Assembly: GCA_963726255.1 (NCBI GenBank)
Contig: CAVSBL010000002.1
Location: 1,568,001 to 1,632,000, forward strand
Direction of reading: 5' to 3'
DNA from: Candidatus Bathyarchaeota archaeon
GTDB lineage: Archaea > Thermoproteota > Bathyarchaeia > 40CM-2-53-6
Length of the DNA stretch: 64,000 bases
A program made the position numbers and the translations under genes. This document shows positions 38,734-48,009 of this stretch, piece by piece. The first letter of the stretch is position 1, and every line of letters begins with the position of its first letter. The notes under the pieces were generated by a model. That model saw only the letters and a program-made list of their open reading frames with translations, searched no databases and was not told where the DNA came from.

Positions 38734-39996
38734 CTACAATTCGCCCCTCACAACTTGCCTCATGAGATTCAACGCGGACTCTCTCTCATCCCAAGAAACG
38801 AACACAAGGATACTCGAAGCTAGGGTCAGGATTCCGACGATGTTGATTCGATTCTCTTGAAGGCGGTCCGACATTCTGCCTATTATTCCAGGCGTATCCT
38901 CCAGCCCAACGCCTTTGACTTTCAGGAAAGCCAAGTTCGTCTTGACTGACATTGCAAGTGTTTCACCACATTTGGTGACCACGTCATGGACACTCGTGAG
39001 GAGAGAATCGGACGTGTTTTGTGGCACATAGAAGATCACGGAGTCAAAGTTCGCGGAGAGCCCATCAAGCGTCGAATGTCTCCGTATCTCACGTACTACG
39101 CTTGCAAGCATTTCGGGGTTTTCGGAGATTGCTTTACCAGTTATTGTAAGCGCCATCGCGGGCGCGTCGCTGGCGAAGGTAACCTCGGTTTCGCCTGAGA
39201 TTCCGCCAGTGATGACTGTTCCGTCAGCTTCCAAGTCACCTTTGTTCTGGTTAATCACTTTGACTGGGATTTCAGGGTCTTTGTACTTCAGCGCCTTCCT
39301 ATGGATGAACTTGGTTCCTGAATCGGCTAATCCAACGAGTGTTCCGACGTCGATCCTTGCAAGTTTACGTGCGTTTGGAATGATTTTCGGATCGGCGGTG
39401 AGGATTCCGTCGGCGTCTGTTACGAGGACTACTTCGTCAGCTCCGATGGCTTTCGCTATGATGAATGCCGTTGTATCGCTTCCGCCCCGCCCGATCGTGC
39501 TTATCTTTCCGCCTGTTGAGCGGCCCACGAAACCGGCGATTACGGGGATCGTGCCCCAGTCGAGCAGTGGGACGATGTGCTCGCGGGCTTTCTGCAAACA
39601 CAACTCGAGTATAGGGTTCGCGTTAGAGAAGTCATCATCAGTTATGATAGGCCAATCGGCGTCGGTCGGATCAAAGTACCTCGTTTCGAGGCCTTCGGCC
39701 TTAAGCGCGGTGGCGAAGATTCGTACGCTGGTTCTTTCGCCCATCGCTAGGACGTCATCTAAATCAGTCTTGTCCGGTACTCTTACGGAGTCGTGGTTAA
39801 CTAGTCCAATTAACTGGTCGGTCATACTTCCTATGGCGGATACTACGACGACAAGTCGTGTGCCCTTCGCCGTCTCTTTGGAAACAAGCCGGGCTGCTTG
39901 AGCAATATGCTCTTTATCTGCTAAGCTTGAACCGCCGAATTTGACTACGATTCTACGCGTCCTTTGTTTAGGTGAAGCTTCAGTGCGTGCAGTCAT
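38734..39996 (-). CDS. Aspartate kinase with C-terminal ACT domains
   Basis: VVKFGGSS, VVSA, GRGGSD.TA, ADP; ATG 39996 preferred over GTG 40086. Confidence 0.93.
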   Translation of the reverse strand: MTARTEASPKQRTRRIVVKFGGSSLADKEHIAQAARLVSKETAKGTRLVVVVSAIGSMTDQLIGLVNHDSVRVPDKTDLDDVLAMGERTSVRIFATALKAEGLETRYFDPTDADWPIITDDDFSNANPILELCLQKAREHIVPLLDWGTIPVIAGFVGRSTGGKISTIGRGGSDTTAFIIAKAIGADEVVLVTDADGILTADPKIIPNARKLARIDVGTLVGLADSGTKFIHRKALKYKDPEIPVKVINQNKGDLEADGTVITGGISGETEVTFASDAPAMALTITGKAISENPEMLASVVREIRRHSTLDGLSANFDSVIFYVPQNTSDSLLTSVHDVVTKCGETLAMSVKTNLAFLKVKGVGLEDTPGIIGRMSDRLQENRINIVGILTLASSILVFVSWDERESALNLMRQVVRGEL

Positions 39997-40057
39997 CACT
40001 GTTCGAAGTGTTGTCGGCGAAGAAATCTTACTTGATAGAGAATGGGGTGCGTTCGAG

Positions 40058-40114
40058 TCAGTAGCCATCACCGTAAACGTGGTCACCGTGCATTTTACCA
40101 GCCGTTTGTCTCAT
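40058..40114 (-). other. Putative leader peptide uORF (MRQTAGKMHGDHVYGDGY) upstream of the ask-aro operon
   Basis: ATG..TGA 18-codon ORF with GAGGGGTG SD, between the TATA box (40155-40162) and the ask start. Confidence 0.45.
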
Positions 40115-40154
40115 GCTACACCCCTCGGTAGCTCAGCGCATCCAACGAGAGTGA

Positions 40155-40162
40155 CTTAAAAG
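40155..40162 (-). promoter_or_regulatory. TATA box for the ask-asd-aro operon
   Basis: Minus strand GAGGAAAT-CTTTTAAG: purine-rich BRE-like sequence followed by a TATA-like box. Confidence 0.45.
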
Positions 40163-40204
40163 ATTTCCTCAGCCAATCAGCATAAACATGCATCGGAAAA
40201 CGAT

Positions 40205-40897
40205 TCACATTCCTGTGTACAGGCGCTCAGCCAAGAATACCGGCAGCCCAGCCCGAACAATTTTGTCTGCGACTGCGTCAACGTCATACTCCACACGTTT
40301 GACATCAAAGGATAATCTTCCTTCCGAGACAGTTAAGGTTGCGAAGCTCGCGCGAGGATCGCCATCACGCGGCTGACCGACGCTGCCTGGGTTACCTAGC
40401 ATCTCCTTATCGAATGAATACAGCATTGGAATATGCGTATGACCGAGCAACAATATTTCGGCGCCGCTACTCTCAATCAATTTCCGTGCGGCCGCACTAG
40501 GCATGCCCGGGAAAACATACTCTGTCAGTGGGTCACGTGGACTGCCGTGAAAGAGGCCTAGGAGCATACCGCCCTTCTCCAAGCTGGCTGAAGGCTTCAA
40601 CGCGGCCAGGTAATCACGGTGCTGAGCTGCGATTTTCTTCCTCGTCCATTCGACAGCTTCAGCTGCGTGGGCAGCAAAACCTTCCGTATCACCTGTTACA
40701 ACCCCACAGTCATGGTTGCCCATTAGCACGGCGGTGGGCTTAAGCTGGCGAAGTCTCTCAACAACTTCGTTTGGTTGAGGGCCATACCCTACCAGGTCGC
40801 CTAAGCAAAAGAGTTCATCGTAATCAGGCAGGTTGGCGATGACTGCTTCGAAAGCATCGAGATTCGAATGAATATCAGAAAAGACCACGATTTTCAA
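40205..40897 (-). CDS. Calcineurin-like metallophosphoesterase (YfcE-like)
   Basis: SDIHSN, GDLVG, GNHD, HGSP, GHTH, NPGSVGQPRD. Confidence 0.93.
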   Translation of the reverse strand: MKIVVFSDIHSNLDAFEAVIANLPDYDELFCLGDLVGYGPQPNEVVERLRQLKPTAVLMGNHDCGVVTGDTEGFAAHAAEAVEWTRKKIAAQHRDYLAALKPSASLEKGGMLLGLFHGSPRDPLTEYVFPGMPSAAARKLIESSGAEILLLGHTHIPMLYSFDKEMLGNPGSVGQPRDGDPRASFATLTVSEGRLSFDVKRVEYDVDAVADKIVRAGLPVFLAERLYTGM

Positions 40898-40957
40898 TGC
40901 GAAAAGCCGTATACTGAAGCAGTACGACTGTGAAATGGTTGATGGTTTGACTTGGAG

Positions 40958-41545
40958 TCAGAGTTCCAAGTCGATCTGCTCGACGTATGAAAGATCTTCC
41001 CCACAGTATGGGCAAAGCTTGAATTTTCTGTCGATCCTCTTTCCGCATTCGGGGCATTCGACTTTGAGCGGGTACCTGCAGAATGGGCATAATGCAAAGT
41101 CGGCTGCAACCTTGCGCCCGCATTTCTTGCACACCTGTTCGCCGCTGCTGTCTACACTGTGGCTTGCGTGCTCCGGGCTTTGGATGATGACGGGTAACGG
41201 TTGTCCGGAACCGGAGGTCGGGTCGTGAACGATGTTTTCGCGAAGAATGCGGTGAAGTTGGAATGCATCAGCTTTCGCTAGGTTACCAATCTTAATGTTT
41301 TGAACGCCAGACCGCATTAGGATTTCGACGCTGGCCCTGCGTACGCCGCGGTCGAGTTTGATGTTGACCATGTTGGAGTATGGATAGTCAACGAAGCTCT
41401 TCTTTAGCCCAAGCCCACCTGACTTGCGGATGATAATACGCTGGTCGCTCACGACCACCGTCTCACTGCCACGCAGAACCCAGATGACCTTCTCATCATA
41501 GTTGATGAGGTGTTTCATGTCGTCCGGGATGGGTAGCATCGCCAA
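40958..41545 (-). CDS. Bacterial PH-like domain + double zinc-ribbon protein
   Basis: VVVSDQRIII....GL....DYPY..M..I PH-like pattern; four C-terminal CxxC. Confidence 0.75.
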   Translation of the reverse strand: MAMLPIPDDMKHLINYDEKVIWVLRGSETVVVSDQRIIIRKSGGLGLKKSFVDYPYSNMVNIKLDRGVRRASVEILMRSGVQNIKIGNLAKADAFQLHRILRENIVHDPTSGSGQPLPVIIQSPEHASHSVDSSGEQVCKKCGRKVAADFALCPFCRYPLKVECPECGKRIDRKFKLCPYCGEDLSYVEQIDLEL

Positions 41546-41594
41546 GCCGTGGAGCCTCTGTTGCAGTGACCGCTAAGCATCTTTGATGATAAGA

Positions 41595-41613
41595 TGTATT
41601 GCATTACAATACA
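41595..41613. promoter_or_regulatory. Palindromic putative TF site in a divergent promoter region
   Basis: TGTATTG-catta-CAATACA perfect 7-bp dyad. Confidence 0.45.
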
Positions 41614-41707
41614 AAAAAACTCGACAAGTTGACAGGGAAAAACGACCCAGACAATGCAATTTCATGGGCTTACACCAAGTTGAGTTAAGTAAGCTCAACC
41701 TACCTAC

Positions 41708-42106
41708 ATGGCACGGATTCCCATGGAAATGAATGAAGAAGTCTTGGAGGTAAACTCCAGGACTTTTAGAGTGAACTACGCGCAGTTTGAGAACGCTGTG
41801 GTAGCCTTCTTCTTTGAAGATAGGGTGCGAATTGGAACCCTTGCAATTGCGATGCCTGGGACGGGGGAAGTTGCGGTAGGCCGCTCTTCTGTGCTAGTCG
41901 GTGGCAAGTACCTTATGACGAGTCGAGCATTGGCAGAGCGGCTGGCAGGAAAAAGTGGAAGGATCGCACTTGTTTCATTATTCACGGAACTTGATGAGGC
42001 AGAAGCTTTTCGGGTGTACGCAAAGCTTCTTGAGAAGGTCCAATTAGGAACTCAGAGTGGGCAGAAATCATTGCGGCCGGACACATCAATACGACAGAAC
42101 ATTTGA
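41708..42106 (+). CDS. Proteasome assembly chaperone 4 (PAC4)-like protein
   Basis: GTLAIAMP...SSVLVG....SRALAERLA.KSG...LVS resembles the PAC4 core. Confidence 0.6.
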   Translation: MARIPMEMNEEVLEVNSRTFRVNYAQFENAVVAFFFEDRVRIGTLAIAMPGTGEVAVGRSSVLVGGKYLMTSRALAERLAGKSGRIALVSLFTELDEAEAFRVYAKLLEKVQLGTQSGQKSLRPDTSIRQNI

Positions 42107-43375
42107 AAGTGGAGATTCACCTAGAACACGCGCCGCGGCCTCAGCCACTTGCTCTCTGTACCGTTCCCTGGTGTACACGCGAATTATGTTCATGAAAACG
42201 CTCAGCTCGTCCACTACCTTAGACAATTCGGTGATTTTCTGAGGGACCTTCTCACCTGAACGGTTCTTCGAAAAGATCGGTATGTCGATTGGCCCGATAT
42301 CCATCGCGTAATGGTATGGTACGGATGGAAGCGATGGGACGTCAATGCTGACATCGGACAGTGGGACCTTCGCTCTGACCGCGATATCCTCTTCAAGTTT
42401 AAGGCGCACGTTCTCGTTCGTGAACACGCTTGAGACAAGTTCATCTTTAGCGAAGAAAGTTCTCTCGTAAGCGCATTTCAGAAGCTTCCTTTCCGATAGT
42501 TCTCTTATGATTGGACGGGATTGAGGGTTCGCTAGCAGTTTCGCCCAGACTGTGTAGTCGTCCCACTCCAAGTATTCGTCGGGCGTTTTCACCTTGAGGA
42601 TTTGAAGATCCTCCTTGGCCGCGTCCAAGGCTTTTAGAATCATCATTTGGACGCCTCTACAGGCGCGGTGGAAGTATATTGCCCTGAATGACTCGAGCCG
42701 GGCAAGGATGAGGCTCTCGAGTGCGGGTAGCGCGGTTATGTCAACCGCCAAGTTATCACCCAATATGTCCATGGTGTATATGAGCCGAAAAACATCGACT
42801 GATCCATAGCCTGCGCCCGTATGGTAGGAATCTCGGACGACAAAATCCATCTTGTCAACGTCGAAGGAGCTGCTGATTATTTGACCGAGGAATCGCTTGC
42901 CGGGTTTCGAGAATTTGCCGACGGCGAGCTCGCTCAGCTCCTTCGCATCAAACCCTTGCGCCTCAATTACGCTAGTCAGACTGGAGTTGGCGATGATCCA
43001 GGTTGACATGTCTTCGTGATTCCGCCCTAGATATTTGAGCAGAAAAGGTTCGAATAAGTGGGAGAAGGGAGCGTGGCCGACGTCGTGCAGCAAACCCGCT
43101 AAACGCACTTTCTGTTTTTCCTCGGTTGAAAGTGAAGCCGGAAGGTTCTCGACGACCACGCCAGCAAGGTACATCGTTCCCAAGACATGCTCGAATCGCG
43201 TATGGTTCGCGGCGGGGTAGACGAACTCGGCTCCGGCGAGTTGCCTGATTCTGCGTAGCCTTTGCACAGCTAGAGTGTCAATGACATTCCGCTCAACCTC
43301 GGTTAGGCGAATGTATCCGTAGATGGGGTCTTTGATGAACCCCCAGTAACCAGAGGGGTTCCGATTTGGGTTCAT
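42086..43375 (-). CDS. HD-domain phosphohydrolase (SAMHD1/dGTPase-like dNTPase)
   Basis: DPIYG, QRLRRIRQL, HTRFEH, LLHDVGH.PFSH, DVDKMDF..RD, YFH. Confidence 0.92.
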   Translation of the reverse strand: MNPNRNPSGYWGFIKDPIYGYIRLTEVERNVIDTLAVQRLRRIRQLAGAEFVYPAANHTRFEHVLGTMYLAGVVVENLPASLSTEEKQKVRLAGLLHDVGHAPFSHLFEPFLLKYLGRNHEDMSTWIIANSSLTSVIEAQGFDAKELSELAVGKFSKPGKRFLGQIISSSFDVDKMDFVVRDSYHTGAGYGSVDVFRLIYTMDILGDNLAVDITALPALESLILARLESFRAIYFHRACRGVQMMILKALDAAKEDLQILKVKTPDEYLEWDDYTVWAKLLANPQSRPIIRELSERKLLKCAYERTFFAKDELVSSVFTNENVRLKLEEDIAVRAKVPLSDVSIDVPSLPSVPYHYAMDIGPIDIPIFSKNRSGEKVPQKITELSKVVDELSVFMNIIRVYTRERYREQVAEAAARVLGESPLSNVLSY

Positions 43376-43709
43376 TTGCTCCCTACCCGCTCCATATGAT
43401 TTCGAAGCCAAGATTCAAACAATATTGAGTTCATGAGCCTAGGAGGATAACCCTTGCCGTTAGACGCCTTAGATGGTAAGAAACACTCGGAGTATGATAG
43501 CCTTTGCACGTAGACGCCGCCCGACAGGCAAGTTTTGGGGACATAGAAGGACGCCCAATTCTACCATGATTGGGCACCCAGTGGCACGAGTTGCGGGTGG
43601 ATATTTACGAACGGCCATTTCGATCAACACGAATTATTGGACATGCTAGCTGACATTTGCGAAAACCGATAATAATACCGATTGAGAGGCGTGTGCCGTG
43701 GGCGTTCGT

Positions 43710-44651
43710 ATGAAGTTTGGACTTCAGCATCCTAACTTTACCTATGACGGCCAGGGCCCTCAGCTTGTTGATGGGTTGAAGAAGCTCGTGGCTCAGGCCG
43801 AGAATCTCGGCTTTGATTCGTTTTGGGTAATGGACCATTTCCATCAGATACAATACGTTGGACAACCAGGAGAACCCATGCTTGAGGGTTGGACAACCCA
43901 AGGGGTTGTTGCCGGGTTCACTTCAAGAATCAAAATCGGTACGCTCGTTACTGGAATCGTGTACCGGCACCCCGCCGTCCTAGCAAAGATAGGCGCGACG
44001 TTGGACGTGTTGAGCAAGGGTCGATTGTTCATGGGTATTGGTGCTGCTTGGAACGAAGAAGAAGCTGCTGCCTACGGAATCCCGTTCCCCGCAACAGAAG
44101 AACGCATGCAGCGCCTCGAAGAAGCTGTGCAGATCATCCACAAAATGTGGACGGAAGACCGAGCCACCTTCGAAGGAAAATTCTACAGGATCAAAGACGC
44201 ATACTGCAACCCAAAACCAATCCAGAAACCACGCCCGCCAATAATGATTGGAGGCGGGGGCGAACGCATGACATTGAAAATCGCTGCGAAATACGCAGAC
44301 GCATGTAACGTGTTTGGCTCAGCTGACACCGTTAGACGAAAATTGAAAATCTTGAGACGGCACTGCCAAACCGTGGGACGCGATTATGACTCTATTCTTA
44401 AGACAAAACTAGGGCACGTGATCATCGACAAAGACAAGGACAGACTGAAAGCAAAACTTACCGACGCCCTAAGAGGCATTCCTGAGGAACGTCTAAAGGA
44501 ATTCGCCACCTATGGAACACCTGAGGAGCTTCGCCACCAAGTAGAAGAACTGAGAGAAGCTGGAGTCGAGTACCTCATAGTGAACATGGACCCGAAAGAA
44601 GAATCTGAAGCATTGGAGCTATTCGGGAGAGAGATCGTCAGGAAGTTCTGA
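43710..44651 (+). CDS. LLM-class F420-dependent oxidoreductase
   Basis: WVMDHFHQI, LEGWT, YRHPA.LAK, GIGAAW, PKPIQ.PRPPIMIGGGGE. Confidence 0.9.
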   Translation: MKFGLQHPNFTYDGQGPQLVDGLKKLVAQAENLGFDSFWVMDHFHQIQYVGQPGEPMLEGWTTQGVVAGFTSRIKIGTLVTGIVYRHPAVLAKIGATLDVLSKGRLFMGIGAAWNEEEAAAYGIPFPATEERMQRLEEAVQIIHKMWTEDRATFEGKFYRIKDAYCNPKPIQKPRPPIMIGGGGERMTLKIAAKYADACNVFGSADTVRRKLKILRRHCQTVGRDYDSILKTKLGHVIIDKDKDRLKAKLTDALRGIPEERLKEFATYGTPEELRHQVEELREAGVEYLIVNMDPKEESEALELFGREIVRKF

Positions 44652-44673
44652 GCGTCCACCGCGACAAAGTATA

Positions 44674-45150
44674 TCAGAGGTCTTTCTGCATGTTAAAGCT
44701 AGCTGTGTAGAAGCCCTGCGTTTTGTATAAGTTGACAGCGACTTGATTATGGCCAAAAACATGGAGGCCAAGTTGCGTTACGCCCATCTGCCTAAGTTTT
44801 GCTTCTAGCAGCTCCAGAGTTTTCCTACCATACCCCTTACCTCGATAGGCTTCGTGAATCAGGATATCGTACAGGAACGCGCTCTTCTTCCTTCTGTCCA
44901 CTTTGAACCAGATGAGTCCGACTGTTTCACCCTTTTCCCTATCGAGGACATTATAGAGAAAGTGGCCTCGGGTGGACAGACCGTTTTTCAGAATTTGTTT
45001 GACTTGCCTCCTTGCTTCGATCCGTACTTCGCCGATAGGCCTCTTGAAATTCCTCGCGATGTCCTGAGAATAACTTTCAAGGCTAAGTTTTCTGTAACGG
45101 GAAAAGTCGGCTAGACTCATTTTCCGGAAATCAATTGTTTCAGGTGCCAT
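44674..45150 (-). CDS. GNAT-family acetyltransferase
   Basis: YRGKGYG acetyl-CoA motif; LHVFGHN..A..LY...GF. Confidence 0.9.
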   Translation of the reverse strand: MAPETIDFRKMSLADFSRYRKLSLESYSQDIARNFKRPIGEVRIEARRQVKQILKNGLSTRGHFLYNVLDREKGETVGLIWFKVDRRKKSAFLYDILIHEAYRGKGYGRKTLELLEAKLRQMGVTQLGLHVFGHNQVAVNLYKTQGFYTASFNMQKDL

Positions 45151-45194
45151 GTTCTTTCACACCTTGCTCTAGTGAAGTTCGAATAAGGTTACCG

Positions 45195-45770
45195 TTAATC
45201 TTCTCGTGAGACTAGGAGAAGAGCGAGCGAAACTGAAACAACGACAATGTAGAGAGATACGTCAGTAATCAACGGCGACGCTAACGGCGCGAATGTACTT
45301 ACGTAAAGAATTGCGAGGGATAGGACGTAACAGCTTGCAAAAAGCAGGCCCGCGCGGGAAATTGTCCTCAACGCGGCTTGAGCGGAGCTGTACAGGCGAT
45401 CCTCCATCCCGGGTAAATTGTCGCCTACACTCATTAGCCTTGAAAGCTGTAGGCGAAACTCGGAGCAGACTGAGGACACCTCGAGAGCGAAGAAAATCAT
45501 AACGCTTTGCAATAATGTGATGGGAAGGTATTGCCCAATCGTATTCGTTAATGCCTGTGAAACAAGGAGAGCAAAGAAGACGAGCCACATTTCAAGTATG
45601 GAAAACTTTGTCCACACCCAACGCCCCCTCAAGATGCTAGTAATTGCGATGGATATACCGGTCAGGGACAGAATTATCCCTACTGAGAGTAACGGTTCCG
45701 GAAGAAACAGAGTGATGAAGGCGAAGGTAATGGCCTGCCAGCCCACTGAGAAGACTTGAAGAATCCTCAA
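45195..45770 (-). CDS. Hypothetical multi-pass membrane protein (end of the MoxR cluster)
   Basis: About 6 hydrophobic helices; co-oriented with the DUF58 gene. Confidence 0.7.
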   Translation of the reverse strand: MRILQVFSVGWQAITFAFITLFLPEPLLSVGIILSLTGISIAITSILRGRWVWTKFSILEMWLVFFALLVSQALTNTIGQYLPITLLQSVMIFFALEVSSVCSEFRLQLSRLMSVGDNLPGMEDRLYSSAQAALRTISRAGLLFASCYVLSLAILYVSTFAPLASPLITDVSLYIVVVSVSLALLLVSRED

Positions 45771-45787
45771 AGAATGAAGTGGGGAGC

Positions 45788-47062
45788 CTATGCGAATTTC
45801 CGTGCAAACCTCCTCCTTGATAAGACCCTTATCGAGGTATGCGGTGAGACCTCAACACATTTCGCAATTGAGGCGATTTGCCTCAAGTTGATTCTTCGTT
45901 CGGTTTCAAGGATCTTCCTAGCGAGAACATTGGATCGAGGCTCATCGCGTGTTGACGCTTCTATTGATGGCGTCACGCAAATTACACTATATCCGGCAGC
46001 AGCCACACTTCTAACAACCTCAACAATCGCGTCGCCCATCAACGGCGAAATGAACGCAATGACAGACCTTGCAGGTAGAACTGCGTTGACGATTGTTTCG
46101 ACCGCGAAGTCGATTGGGATTATCGCACGGCCCGCTTTGGTTATTGTGAGGCCGCTCAGAATTCTCAGCAACTGGTGTTTTCCGAAGGCGGGTGATACCC
46201 ATGTTCTTTCCGCTCCGTAAACCAACAGGCCGACACGGTTGCCTTGAAGAAGCAGCTGAGAACACAGCGAGGCAGCTAAGTTAACCTCGAGTTCTTCAGC
46301 GTCGAATGAGAACACACTTGATAGAACCGATTCAGAGCAATCTAGAGCGACTAACACATCAGTTACACGTTCCGTCTCGAACTCGTTTGTTACTAACCGC
46401 GCCTGTCTGGCGGAAGCTTTCCAGTTGATTCGGCGCAATTCGTCGCCTGGCGAGTAGAGCCTTAGTTCGAAAAATTCCGTGCCTGGTCCTACGCTCCTTG
46501 AGGGAACTGTTCCCGGCCACGGCCCAACTCTCCTCGCGGTTACATCGACCTTGCCCAGGTCCTCAACCTGAGGAAGAATCATGACTGTATCCTGTCCAGG
46601 GATTTTTAGTGAGAATTGACGAAAGCGCATCGGGTCCATGCTTGTAGCTTTCAATGGGCCCAAAGCATACTGGCCCCTTCTGGGGGCAGATATCTCGTAG
46701 AAGTGTTCGGTTCGTTCATGCGGTTTCAGTGATAGACTGAAGGTGTTGCTTCCGCTTTGAAGATGTAACGAGTTGGGAATCTGATCTTCGAGGTGGAGCT
46801 CGTTGAGTTCGACGTTGAGGTTGTTTAGAATCTCAAGGGTTACCTTGATGGTTTCTCCGCCGAAGGAGCGTAAGGGGTTAAGCTTCCTCGTTATTGTGAG
46901 GTTTGGGATTTGAATGTGTGAAAGAAGTGATGAGTAGAAGAAGGTTAGCGCGATTGGAATTACGAAGATTGTAAGCGCCGGTTGCCTGAAGACCAGTGCG
47001 AAGCCTATGAAGAGATATGCCAATCCTAAGTAAAGTACGGCTTTCTTGGTGAGCACCATCAC
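45788..47062 (-). CDS. DUF58 (VWA-like) protein
   Basis: EF..LR.Y.PGD.LRRINWKASAR, V.EFE.E, DCSES. Confidence 0.92.
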   Translation of the reverse strand: MMVLTKKAVLYLGLAYLFIGFALVFRQPALTIFVIPIALTFFYSSLLSHIQIPNLTITRKLNPLRSFGGETIKVTLEILNNLNVELNELHLEDQIPNSLHLQSGSNTFSLSLKPHERTEHFYEISAPRRGQYALGPLKATSMDPMRFRQFSLKIPGQDTVMILPQVEDLGKVDVTARRVGPWPGTVPSRSVGPGTEFFELRLYSPGDELRRINWKASARQARLVTNEFETERVTDVLVALDCSESVLSSVFSFDAEELEVNLAASLCSQLLLQGNRVGLLVYGAERTWVSPAFGKHQLLRILSGLTITKAGRAIIPIDFAVETIVNAVLPARSVIAFISPLMGDAIVEVVRSVAAAGYSVICVTPSIEASTRDEPRSNVLARKILETERRINLRQIASIAKCVEVSPHTSIRVLSRRRFARKFA

Positions 47063-48009
47063 TCTACCCTTGGGACCGGAACCTTACGCAACACTTCGGC
47101 AACAATCGCGGCCGAATCGAAACCGCGAACCCATGATTCGGCTTTCGGAATTATCCTGTGGCTAAGCGCCTCGACAGCGATATTCTTGGCGTCGTCGGGA
47201 ATTACATAGTCTCTACCATCAAACGCGGCATTCGCTCTTGAAAGCTTGAGAAGGGCCAGGGTGCCCCGGGGGCTAACACCAACCTCAACTTGTGGATGGA
47301 GCCTTGTTTCGCGAGCAATGTCGACCATGTATGATAGGACATCTTCGTCAACATGCACATCTTCCACCGCAGTTTGCATCTCGATGATAGTCTCTGGGCT
47401 TGCTACGGGTTCAATCACAAATTCATCTTGTTTACGCATCATTCTTTCTTTCAGTATCTGTAATTCCTCGCCCCTTTCCGGGTAACCGACCCCAACTCTC
47501 ATGATGAAACGATCTAGCTGCGCCTCAGGCAACTGGTAAACCCCTTCAAACTCGATTGGGTTCTCAGTTGCTACAACCATGAATGGGCTCGCCATTCTTT
47601 CGGACTTGCCGTCCAAGGTAACCTGGCGCTCTTGCATGGCCTCCAATAGCGCCGCTTGTGTCTTGGGTGGGCTTCGGTTGATCTCGTCGGCTAGGAGAAT
47701 GTTGGTGAAGATGGGCCCCTTCCTAAGTTCGAAGTCTCCAGTTTTCTGATTGTAGACATACGTTCCGGTTATGTCAGCAGGCAGAAGGTCGGGGGTGAAT
47801 TGCACCCGGGTAAAACTGCACCGTGTGGTGCCAGCGAGACTTTTCGCTATCAAGGTCTTCGCGAGGCCCGGGAAGTCCTCGATAAGGATGTGCGAATTGG
47901 TAAGCATTCCCAATAGGATTTTTCGGAGAACTAGGTCTTTGCCTACGATAACCTTTCCGAGTTCGCGGTGAATTTGCTTGCAGGTTTCCGACACTGAGGT
48001 GACGTTCAA
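47059..48009 (-). CDS. MoxR-family AAA+ ATPase
   Basis: PGLAKT, QFTPDLLPAD, LADEINR.PPKTQ.ALLEAMQE, LPEAQLDRF, SPRG. Confidence 0.96.
   Translation of the reverse strand: MNVTSVSETCKQIHRELGKVIVGKDLVLRKILLGMLTNSHILIEDFPGLAKTLIAKSLAGTTRCSFTRVQFTPDLLPADITGTYVYNQKTGDFELRKGPIFTNILLADEINRSPPKTQAALLEAMQERQVTLDGKSERMASPFMVVATENPIEFEGVYQLPEAQLDRFIMRVGVGYPERGEELQILKERMMRKQDEFVIEPVASPETIIEMQTAVEDVHVDEDVLSYMVDIARETRLHPQVEVGVSPRGTLALLKLSRANAAFDGRDYVIPDDAKNIAVEALSHRIIPKAESWVRGFDSAAIVAEVLRKVPVPRVE

Noticed and set aside
39209-39901. 230-aa plus-strand ORF
   Set aside because: Antisense shadow of aspartate kinase.
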